DNA of 32,000 bases from Candidatus Saccharimonadota bacterium (GCA_965230905.1 OZ246396.1:1-32000); one strand, 5' to 3'. Shown: positions 22,093-29,502, counted from the stretch's first letter. The notes: generated by a model not told the origin, from the sequence alone. A program made the numbers and translations.

Positions 22093-25000
22093 TTATAGGT
22101 TGTGGCTTCGCTTGGTTGACGATTTAAAAGTGAGGCTGATACCCGCGATGGCGGTTACCAGGGCGCTGACAATGAGCATCATCATTTCGCTGGGCGTAGC
22201 ATTGAAAAGATTAGCACTTCCCAAGGATCCTTCAAAGACAACTTGGAGCGTCGAAATGTCGCTCTCGCCGGTGTCTTCATCGGTCACGGTGAGTTTAACC
22301 ACCACTTGGCCGTAGGATTTGAAGAAAGGTGTCTTCCAGGTTCCTGAGGAATCGTCGTCGTAGTCTTCGTCGTTGTCACGGAGGCCGTCGCCATCGGTGT
22401 CGTAGAAAATGTTTTTATCCAGCACGTAGCTGAAGTTTCCACTTCCGCCTTCGGCTCCGTAGTAGAAGGTCACTTGATCGCCGTCGTCTTCCAAAATAAC
22501 TTGGCTCAGGGAGTTCGGCTGAGGCGTAGAGGTGAACAGCGCGGTCACGGGCTCAACCGGGTTGGGCACCTCCACGGTTTGAATCACGGTGTCGGTTTTT
22601 CCAAAGGTGTCTTCCACCAACATTTTCACTTCGTAATCCCCATAGTCGTCGTATTCAAAGGTAGGATTCTTGGTGGTCGCGTCGCTGTCGTTTTCAGGAT
22701 CGGTGTCGCCGTCCGTGTCGGCGGTGAGGTTGAGATCCCAGCTGTAACTGCGTACATCGGCGCCGTTGGCGGTGTCGAGCACGGTTTCATTTTTGAATTC
22801 AACGGTGCGATCTTCCACGTTATACGAGAAGCCGGCAACGGGTGCTTTGGTATCGAGCACGTTCACCGCTTGGGTTACGCTGTCGCTTTGGCCGGTGGTG
22901 TCCACCACGGTCATCTTAACTTGGTAGGTTCCCAAGGCTTCGTAAGTGTAGGAAGGATTTTCTTCAAAGGAATCGGAGTCGTCGTCCACGGTTCCGTTTC
23001 CATTGCTGTCCACAGCCGTGTTGAAGTCCCAGTAAATTCCCGTGAGGTCGGCTCCGTTTTCGGTGTCTATAATAGAGTTGTTGCGGAAGCTCACGGTGGT
23101 TCCGTTGATGTCCGCCAAGAAAGCGGCATCCGGCGCGGCAGAAACCGCGTCCACAAAAATGGTGAGCGATTCGGAGGTGGCGGTGGCACCAGAGCTGTCT
23201 TCTACTTTGAGTTGAACCTCCACTCCCTCAGGATGGATTTGGCTGAAAGCGTATTCCAAGGATCCGTCTTCGGTGGGCTCGTTATCAAAGAATCCGTTTC
23301 CTTCAATGTCCCACCAGTAGTTCACAATTTCTCCATCGGTATCGTAGGAGGTGCTGGAGAATGTGATTTCTTCACCCACATAAACCGAGGTGCGGTTCAC
23401 GGTGAATCCAGCCACGGGGGTGTCGTTGGGCCCATTGGTGACTTCCAAAGTTGGGATGGTCGCCGCTTCGAGTTCATCGAAGGACGACACGGTGTTGTTT
23501 TGATTGTCCGTCACTTCCACCGCAAATCCATATTCCAGCGCTTCGCCGGTTTCGCCTTTCGTATTAATAGTCATGCTGAAGGTATTGCTCGCGGAACTGA
23601 TGGTTCCGAGTTCGGTCGCGGTGTCGTTGAGGTCGTAGTACCACGCTCTAAAGTTAGTGAGCTTGCCGTCTTCATCGGTGGCATCCACCGTTACATTTAC
23701 TTTGAGCGGCGTTTCCAAACTGTCCCCTTGCGGAATCACGGTGAGCCCCAGAATCTCTGGGTCGATTCCTTCTATAGTGATGAGCAGTGAGGTTTCGTCG
23801 GTGATCGCGTTGTCGTCTTCATCACGCACTGTCAATTTCACGGTGTAGGTCGCGGTTTCAGTGAAGGTATGCGTTACGCTGGGTTGAGAGGAAGTGACTC
23901 CGTCTCCAAAATTCCAGCTGTATTCCAAGCCGTTCTTGCTTCCGTCCACGTTCACGGACTCGTTTGCGTCGAAACGGAACTGAGTTTTAATGCTTCCACG
24001 GAAATCTGCGCCGCTGCCAATGTCTTCTCCATTGGAACCGATGCTGATCACGGCGATAGGGCTGTCGCCCGCTCCTATATATACACGCTGGGTGATGGAA
24101 TTTCGGTCTTCCTCATCGTCGAGTGCGGTCAGCGTTACTTCAAAGACGCCGGCGGATTCGTAGATATGCGTGAAGATGGCTTCCCCACGAGTCACCGTGT
24201 CCGTGAAATCCACCGTGTCGTCTCCGTAGTCGATTTCAAAAGCAGTTCCCGTTTCGCTGAGAGCGCTGAATTCCACTTCGGCTTCTCCGTTTTCGTCCAA
24301 ATTACGAGCGGTTTCGCCTTGAATATCCAGGTCCACGTCGAGCACGGAATCTATGGTGATGCTACCGATGGCCGTGTCGCTCTTTTTGAGTTCGGCGTCG
24401 TGCTGATCGTAGGCGGTTAAGGAAACTGCGTATTCTCCTTCATTGAGGAATTGAACGGTGATTTCTTTATCTTCATTTTCGGTGTCGATGATTTCATAGT
24501 CCTGCCCTTCGATTCCATCAAAATCCCATTCCAAGGTCACTACGTCGCCTTCATCGGGGTCGTAGGTGGTGCTGGCGTCGAATAAGACGGTGGCGGGTTC
24601 AGTCGCATTGGGAATAGAGTACTCGTAAGTGGCCACGGGCGCCGTGGATTCCACTAAGACTTGGCCGGTTGCAGTGTCGGTTTTTCCGCTTCCGTCCGAA
24701 ACGGTGAGCGTTACGCTGTAGACACCCGGCTGATCCAAAACGGTGCTTAAGGTGGATTCGGTTCCGTTGGTCACGGGCACCGTCACGCCATTTTTACTGA
24801 TGTCCCACGAGTAACTCACTATTTTTCCATTTTCGGTGGTGGACCCAGAGGCATCGAAGTCAAACTCGGTGTCCACGGTTCCTTCGCTGGGGCTGGCTTT
24901 AAAGCGAGCTGCGGGCGAAGCCACGTAGAGTGTGAAGTATTTGCGGTCTTTGATTCCGGTGTCGTCTGTAACGGTGAACGAAACATTGTAGGAACCGGAT

Positions 25001-27099
25001 CCGGCGTAAGCATGGGTCACGGAGCTGCCTCCGTCTTGGCCATACGGACCGGAAGAAGTTTCATTGTCTCCAAAGTCCCATTCATAATAAACGATTCCGC
25101 CTTCGGCTCCGGTGTTGCCGTCTCCGTCGGTGGTTCCGCTGGCATCAAATAGGATGCCGGTCTTTGCTTCGGTCTCTGTCACTTTAAAGTCGTTTTGATC
25201 GATGTAAGGATAGGTTCTAAAATCTGCAATGGTGGCGGGCGTTTCGGTCCCCACTTGAGCGGTGAGCACCAGCATGGATTTAGAAGGTTCTACGGAAATC
25301 GTCACGGTAGAAACTCCGGCCGCGATGTCTGGATCCTTGCTGCGTACTCGTACGCGCACTCGGTAGGTTCCCGGCTCGCTAAAGGTCGCACTCACCGCGT
25401 CCCCGGACGTGTCTTCCGACGTCACGGCGGTGGTGTTTAAAGTTCCGGGAGCCTCGTCTGTTCCAACGGGTTCATAGGTTCCATCTCCGTTCAAATCCCA
25501 TTCAATTTGAGCATCTTCCACCGTCATTCCGCTGGGGTCTTCCGTTCCCAGTACATCGAAGCGCACAATGAGCGGATCGTTTCCAGAAGTGGTGCTGGCG
25601 GAGAGTCGTACTTTTACGAATTCCAAATTCTCCACCAAAACATAAAGGTCATTCATGGACGCCACAATTTGATTGGCGGTTTGAGCGTTTACATCGCTGA
25701 CGGTTGCGGCGGCGTTGAGCTTCTCGCTGGCGGTGGTGAAAGCCTCGAGCACAGCGGTGAGGTTGGACCCAGAATCAAAATCTCCGGTGTCAAAAAGCCC
25801 CTGCATCACATCAAAGCGAAACACGAGGTCCTCCACAGCCTCCGTGTAGTCGGCGATGGCTTTATTCTGAATTTCTTCCAAGAATCCACACACGTTGTCA
25901 TCTATATCCACAATATCCACTTCATAAATAGTCACACCCAATCCGAATTCCCGTTCCACTTCTGAGGAAACTTCACGGCTCGCACAAGAATCGCTTGTTT
26001 CAATGCCTTGCTCGATTTGCGTGATGATTTCTTCTACTGTGAAGGGGGCCGTGGGTATTGCGGCCGTGGCCTCAGGAATCACCAAGGCCCACAAGGTGTC
26101 TAGGATTGAAGATTGAGTCCCACTGCGCAAATAGTTGTAGAGCGCCTGTGCGGCTTCAAAGGTTTGGCTGAGGTTATCCACTTCTCCCTGAATATCATCC
26201 ACTCCTTCGCGGAGCATATCTATATAGTCTTCCACATCGCTTTCATCGATGAGCTTGTATTGGTCGGCAAAGTCATCGTCGGCCCCTTCGGCCCATTCTA
26301 TTAAGTACTGAAGCAATCCATCCAGCGTCCAGTCGGTTTCTTCCACATCCAGCAGGATCGGCATTTCTACCGATCGCATGTAGGCCACCTCCTGGCTCAC
26401 AGTGAGCAGGGTTTGGTAGGCTTTCACGTATTCCACGCTCACGTCTTCAATTTCTTCCAATACGCTTTCGGTATCAAAGGAAGCTCCAGTTTCGGTGATG
26501 GTGGTTCCATCTACGCTTTCGACGTCCCCGTTGGAATCTCCTCCTCCCGCTTGGAGCAAGGTGTTCACCAAGGCGTAGGAACCTAAAATAATGACAATAC
26601 CAATGGCGGCGTAGCCAATGCTCTTCTTTCCTTTAGAAGCCATTTCTTCATCCCCACGGCTCAGCACATACATAAGTCCTCCGTAGATCACAATCACCAC
26701 AGAGATCAATCCCAAAAATCCCAAGGCGTAGTTCACTATGCTTTGAATGAATTCACGGGCGCTCTTATTTTCGGTCAGGCTTTCGTCGTAACCCGCCTCA
26801 CTAGGTGGCTCCAATTTTCCATCGTACTCGGTAAAGTCGATCACTTCATCCGTACTGTCACACCCCAAGCCTCCACCAAAACCCTCGGCTAAGTCGGCAC
26901 ACTGCGATTGAATGATGTCTCCTTGAGCGGAATCAGAATCTCCTCCCGTTCCCAGCAAAGCGTCCACCGCGTCAGATCCTGATTCCACACACTCTCCATT
27001 GAGTGAAAAACTACACTCCTCTGCATTAGCAAAAGGCGCCGAAACTAAACTCAAACTAAGAGCAACAAGGAAGGTGGCAAGGGATCGGCGGAGGTTCAT
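22093..27099 (-). CDS. giant surface protein (1,668 aa): signal peptide, Cys-paired head, one VirB2/TrbC-like pilin hairpin, acidic region, ~11 PKD/Ig-like repeats, C-terminal TM + basic tail
   Basis: ORF 22093..27192 trimmed to ATG 27099, giving MNLRRSLATFLVALSLSLVSAPFANA|EEC, a good signal peptide. The hairpin reads IVNYALGFLGLISVVIVIYGGLMYVLSRGDEEMASKGKKSIGYAAIGIVIILGSYALVNTLL. PKD signatures include IEWDLNGDG, YEWDFGDNE, YSWDISKNG, LEWDFDGIE, FEIDYGDDT, YSWNFGDGV, YWWDIEGNG, IYWDFNTAV and YSWDLNLTA. The C-terminus is MMMLIVSALVTAIAGISLTFKSSTKRSHNL. Confidence 0.85.
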   Translation of the reverse strand: MNLRRSLATFLVALSLSLVSAPFANAEECSFSLNGECVESGSDAVDALLGTGGDSDSAQGDIIQSQCADLAEGFGGGLGCDSTDEVIDFTEYDGKLEPPSEAGYDESLTENKSAREFIQSIVNYALGFLGLISVVIVIYGGLMYVLSRGDEEMASKGKKSIGYAAIGIVIILGSYALVNTLLQAGGGDSNGDVESVDGTTITETGASFDTESVLEEIEDVSVEYVKAYQTLLTVSQEVAYMRSVEMPILLDVEETDWTLDGLLQYLIEWAEGADDDFADQYKLIDESDVEDYIDMLREGVDDIQGEVDNLSQTFEAAQALYNYLRSGTQSSILDTLWALVIPEATAAIPTAPFTVEEIITQIEQGIETSDSCASREVSSEVEREFGLGVTIYEVDIVDIDDNVCGFLEEIQNKAIADYTEAVEDLVFRFDVMQGLFDTGDFDSGSNLTAVLEAFTTASEKLNAAATVSDVNAQTANQIVASMNDLYVLVENLEFVKVRLSASTTSGNDPLIVRFDVLGTEDPSGMTVEDAQIEWDLNGDGTYEPVGTDEAPGTLNTTAVTSEDTSGDAVSATFSEPGTYRVRVRVRSKDPDIAAGVSTVTISVEPSKSMLVLTAQVGTETPATIADFRTYPYIDQNDFKVTETEAKTGILFDASGTTDGDGNTGAEGGIVYYEWDFGDNETSSGPYGQDGGSSVTHAYAGSGSYNVSFTVTDDTGIKDRKYFTLYVASPAARFKASPSEGTVDTEFDFDASGSTTENGKIVSYSWDISKNGVTVPVTNGTESTLSTVLDQPGVYSVTLTVSDGSGKTDTATGQVLVESTAPVATYEYSIPNATEPATVLFDASTTYDPDEGDVVTLEWDFDGIEGQDYEIIDTENEDKEITVQFLNEGEYAVSLTAYDQHDAELKKSDTAIGSITIDSVLDVDLDIQGETARNLDENGEAEVEFSALSETGTAFEIDYGDDTVDFTDTVTRGEAIFTHIYESAGVFEVTLTALDDEEDRNSITQRVYIGAGDSPIAVISIGSNGEDIGSGADFRGSIKTQFRFDANESVNVDGSKNGLEYSWNFGDGVTSSQPSVTHTFTETATYTVKLTVRDEDDNAITDETSLLITIEGIDPEILGLTVIPQGDSLETPLKVNVTVDATDEDGKLTNFRAWYYDLNDTATELGTISSASNTFSMTINTKGETGEALEYGFAVEVTDNQNNTVSSFDELEAATIPTLEVTNGPNDTPVAGFTVNRTSVYVGEEITFSSTSYDTDGEIVNYWWDIEGNGFFDNEPTEDGSLEYAFSQIHPEGVEVQLKVEDSSGATATSESLTIFVDAVSAAPDAAFLADINGTTVSFRNNSIIDTENGADLTGIYWDFNTAVDSNGNGTVDDDSDSFEENPSYTYEALGTYQVKMTVVDTTGQSDSVTQAVNVLDTKAPVAGFSYNVEDRTVEFKNETVLDTANGADVRSYSWDLNLTADTDGDTDPENDSDATTKNPTFEYDDYGDYEVKMLVEDTFGKTDTVIQTVEVPNPVEPVTALFTSTPQPNSLSQVILEDDGDQVTFYYGAEGGSGNFSYVLDKNIFYDTDGDGLRDNDEDYDDDSSGTWKTPFFKSYGQVVVKLTVTDEDTGESDISTLQVVFEGSLGSANLFNATPSEMMMLIVSALVTAIAGISLTFKSSTKRSHNL
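22234..25614 (-). repeat. array of ~10-11 PKD/Ig-like domain repeats (coding), the last three with Asp-rich Ca-binding-like inserts
   Basis: PKD signatures recur every ~90-110 aa. The inserts DSNGNGTVDDDSD, DTDGDTDPENDSD and DTDGDGLRDNDEDYDDD resemble thrombospondin-type-3 / DxDxDG calcium loops. There are no cysteines in the array. Confidence 0.75.
26551..26763 (-). other. single VirB2/TrbC-like pilin hairpin module inside the giant protein
   Basis: Two TM helices are joined by the loop SRGDEEMASKGKKS. This matches the six modules of the two upstream genes, and its helix-2 ending SYALVNTLL is like their third units. Confidence 0.7.
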
Positions 27100-27178
27100 T
27101 TTGATATCGCTTGCGCGATGTCTTATTAGGCACTGACGTGCTTGGTGGCGTATTTCCATGGTAGTATAGAGGTTTTTA

Positions 27179-28150
27179 TCAGGACGCATCAAGAGTAACC
27201 ACTGTATTCACAATGGCGAAGGCGGCGAGTGCCAGAATAATTCCCACGGCGGCTCCCATCATGATCTTCTTGGATTTGGCTACGTTGTCCTCGTTTTGAG
27301 CGCCCAGCGTGTACAAATAACCGGCGTACAAAAGGAAGGCAAAGGCCAAGGTTCCCATGGTTCCGACAATAAAGTTGGTGACTTGAACAAAGAGCAGCTT
27401 GGCTTCGTCGATTCCCAATTTGGTTCCTTGGTTTTGAAAAAGCACTTCTTTAACGGCGAACTCAGAAATTCCAATAACAAAGAGTCCCACCAAAGCCCAG
27501 GTGATTTGCTTCTTAGCTTTGGCGATTTGATCGTCGTTGGCGCTGCCGGCCACATAACGCATACCGGCCGTAACCAACATGAACACGGCAATGGAGGCAA
27601 TCACCACTTCCACCAGCCCATAAATTCCCGCAAAGAAAGTGGAGCTTTGTCGTCCAAATTCCTTAGCAGTGTCTTCTCCCGAACGTAAAATCTGGCCTTC
27701 GGCACCAAAGAACACTTCAATCAGTGAATCCGATACGAAGATGAGAATGAGTCCTTGCAGAGCATAACTGACAAAATTCTTGGATTGGCTGAGCACTTCT
27801 TCATTGTCTCTTCCGGCCGTGACCATACGTATTCCCATCATCACAATGAACAGAATGGCGATGGGGGTCACCATCAGTTTAAAAAAGTCCAGGAAGCGTT
27901 GAATGGCGGCCACAATGATGTCCGCCCCTTCCCCTTGTTCCGAGAAACTGGGCAACTCAATACCACCAGAGGGTTCAGCATCCGGATCGGCGTCTTCTTC
28001 TCCATCTTCCACTTGGCTGCTTTCTTCACTCACGTCTTCCTGCAAATCTTCCAGAATATTCTTATAATTGAAATCATCGGCCAGGGCCAACGCAGAGGGT
28101 GCGAAGACCAGGGAGGAAAGAATCGTCAATAAAAGAAGGATTTTTTTCAT
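27179..28150 (-). CDS. secreted membrane protein with three tandem VirB2/TrbC-like (T4SS_pilin-type) hairpin modules (323 aa)
   Basis: The signal peptide is MKKILLLLTILSSLVFAPSALALA|DD, followed by an acidic linker. The three units lie at nt 27707-27922, 27437-27643 and 27194-27403, with loops TAGRDNEEVLSQSKN, AGSANDDQIAKAKKQ and LGAQNEDNVAKSKKI. Confidence 0.8.
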   Translation of the reverse strand: MKKILLLLTILSSLVFAPSALALADDFNYKNILEDLQEDVSEESSQVEDGEEDADPDAEPSGGIELPSFSEQGEGADIIVAAIQRFLDFFKLMVTPIAILFIVMMGIRMVTAGRDNEEVLSQSKNFVSYALQGLILIFVSDSLIEVFFGAEGQILRSGEDTAKEFGRQSSTFFAGIYGLVEVVIASIAVFMLVTAGMRYVAGSANDDQIAKAKKQITWALVGLFVIGISEFAVKEVLFQNQGTKLGIDEAKLLFVQVTNFIVGTMGTLAFAFLLYAGYLYTLGAQNEDNVAKSKKIMMGAAVGIILALAAFAIVNTVVTLDAS

Positions 28151-28151
28151 A

Positions 28152-29081
28152 TTAGAAGGATCCGGTGATTACTGTGGATACCAGGGCAAAGGCTCCGTAA
28201 ATAATGATCACTCCAATGATGGAGTTGAAAACAATTTTTTTGGCGAGGCCGGTTCGTTCTTCGTCTCCACCGGCAGTAACATATAAAATTCCTCCTGCTA
28301 CGATTCCCAGCATCATGATGGGCCCCACAAAAGTAATGATTAAATTGGTGACTCCAACCAATTGTTGCACAAATTCATTTTGATCGAGCTTCACAATGGT
28401 TTGATTGGCGTTTTCATTGAATTCGGCCACGTAGAACACGCGGCGAATCATCAGGTCAGACACAATCACCATCAGGAGCCCTCCAGCCGCCAAGGCCAGA
28501 CTTTTCTTCTCCTTCCCCACTTCTTCTTCGTTGTCTCCGGCAACCACCATCATGGCTCCGCTTCGGATAAACATCAGGGAGGCGAGTCCTCCCAAGAGGT
28601 ATTTCACAAAAGTAATGATGAGACGGGTCGTGTTGTCGAAAAGTTGAATCCGCTGCACCAGCTTATCGGGGTCGGAAATAAAATTTCCTTCGCGGTAGTC
28701 GAAGACTTCGGCAATAGGGCCGGCAATACTGATCATTAGGAGTCCTATCAACCCGTAGGTCATGGACTTTTTCTGGGTTTTAGCCGTTTCTTCGTTGTCG
28801 CCGGAAATCACCATAGTGAACCCGGAAACCACAATAAAGAGCAGCGCCACCCCACCCACAATGATGCGCAAATTGCGTGCCGCGGGGCCGAGCAGGTTTT
28901 CCAGTTTTTCAAAGGCGCTGTCTCCTTCCGGAGCCGGCACGTCCAAGTCGTCGTTGCTTGGCAAAGGCAAGAAATCCGCTAAGGCATGCGGCGCATGAGC
29001 GGCCACCGCACCCAAAACCACAGCGAGCACAAGGCCCCCTAGGTGCAGTTTTCCAACTTTTTCAAACAGAGATCGTGCCAT
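28152..29081 (-). CDS. secreted membrane protein with three tandem VirB2/TrbC-like (T4SS_pilin-type) hairpin modules (309 aa)
   Basis: The signal peptide ends AAHAPHALA|DF. The three units lie at nt 28701-28904, 28431-28640 and 28164-28376, with loops ISGDNEETAKTQKKS, VAGDNEEEVGKEKKS and TAGGDEERTGLAKKI. The third unit (GGILYVTAGGDEERTGLAKKIVFNSIIGVIIIYGAFALV) is very close to the canonical single-hairpin CPR pilin-like proteins I remember. Confidence 0.8.
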   Translation of the reverse strand: MARSLFEKVGKLHLGGLVLAVVLGAVAAHAPHALADFLPLPSNDDLDVPAPEGDSAFEKLENLLGPAARNLRIIVGGVALLFIVVSGFTMVISGDNEETAKTQKKSMTYGLIGLLMISIAGPIAEVFDYREGNFISDPDKLVQRIQLFDNTTRLIITFVKYLLGGLASLMFIRSGAMMVVAGDNEEEVGKEKKSLALAAGGLLMVIVSDLMIRRVFYVAEFNENANQTIVKLDQNEFVQQLVGVTNLIITFVGPIMMLGIVAGGILYVTAGGDEERTGLAKKIVFNSIIGVIIIYGAFALVSTVITGSF

Positions 29082-29123
29082 GTTTTTTTGTATAGGACCC
29101 TATCGGGTCTGTTAAATCTTATT

Positions 29124-29152
29124 ATTATAGCAGAAAATGATCTGAAAGTAAA
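29124..29152 (-). promoter_or_regulatory. putative sigma70-type promoter of the hairpin/PKD operon, TTTACT-17 nt-TGcTATAAT (extended -10)
   Basis: The reverse strand reads TTTACTttcagatcattttctgcTATAAT. It is followed by a ~40-nt leader containing the hairpin GACCC-tatc-GGGTC (29096-29109) before ATG 29081. Confidence 0.4.
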
Positions 29153-29271
29153 AGGTCTGCGCTTGCGACGACGGATTAATCTTTGACCTTGCGTTTTCCT
29201 CCAAAGCCCCCTAGACTACTTGACGAAAGCCGGAAAGGCTCTTTCAGGGTGAACTACTAATAAATAAGCTT

Positions 29272-29499
29272 ATGTCAGAAAAATCTTCATCATCGTCCAA
29301 GCGGAATCCGGTTGTGGCGTATTTTAGTAGCGCGTGGGAAGAATTTGGAAAAGTGACTTGGCCAACCAAGGAACAAGCCGCTCTGCTCACCGCTATTGTG
29401 GTGGCCGTTTCCTTTGTAATGGCCGTGCTTATTGGAGCTTTTGACCTTGGACTTTCTGAGCTCTACAAGCTCGTACTTGATAAAATTTCACAACAATAA
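29272..29499 (+). CDS. secE: preprotein translocase subunit SecE
   Basis: 75 aa with a single C-terminal TM. It has the conserved E..KV.WP......L....V..... pattern (EEFGKVTWPTKEQAALLTAIVVAVSFVMAVLIG). It lies immediately upstream of nusG. Confidence 0.9.
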   Translation: MSEKSSSSSKRNPVVAYFSSAWEEFGKVTWPTKEQAALLTAIVVAVSFVMAVLIGAFDLGLSELYKLVLDKISQQ

Positions 29500-29502
29500 T
29501 CG

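Noticed and set aside
20175-23790. Very long plus-strand ORFs (20175-21536, 453 aa; 22474-23790, 438 aa; also 23869-24420 and 25507-25965) lying opposite the PKD genes.
   Set aside because: They are antisense shadows of the repetitive, stop-poor PKD coding frames. Their translations are low-complexity Gly/Val/His/Arg/Phe-rich strings with no motifs, while the minus-strand frames carry clear PKD signatures.
19908-25614. Regular ~270-330-nt periodicity that could be mistaken for a repeat array or CRISPR-like structure.
   Set aside because: The periodicity is protein-level PKD domain repetition inside intact ORFs. There are no short identical direct repeats with unique spacers anywhere in the window.
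27100-27192. The upstream start (27192) of the giant ORF. Similar 5' extensions exist at 2143-2208, 10608-10637, 17291-17323 and 30029-30121.
   Set aside because: The extensions overlap the preceding gene or divergent ORF and add non-native-looking residues. Internal ATGs give canonical N-termini: a signal peptide MNLRRSLATFLV..., a YtxH TM, MKTRKETDALG, and the TM anchor MQKLTLFSV.
19908-29081. Interpretation of the pilin-like/PKD locus as a conjugative T4SS, ICE or plasmid-derived island.
   Set aside because: No VirB4, VirB6, VirB11, VirD4, relaxase, integrase, oriT-like repeat or flanking direct repeats are present in the window. The composition matches the housekeeping genes, and the locus abuts secE-nusG. 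Machinery encoded elsewhere cannot be excluded.
29082-29271. An expected tRNA (tRNA-Trp commonly precedes secE) or other RNA gene in the 190-nt spacer.
   Set aside because: I could not fold any cloverleaf: there is no acceptor/T-arm complementarity and no GTTC-type T-loop. Only short hairpins and promoter-like boxes are present.
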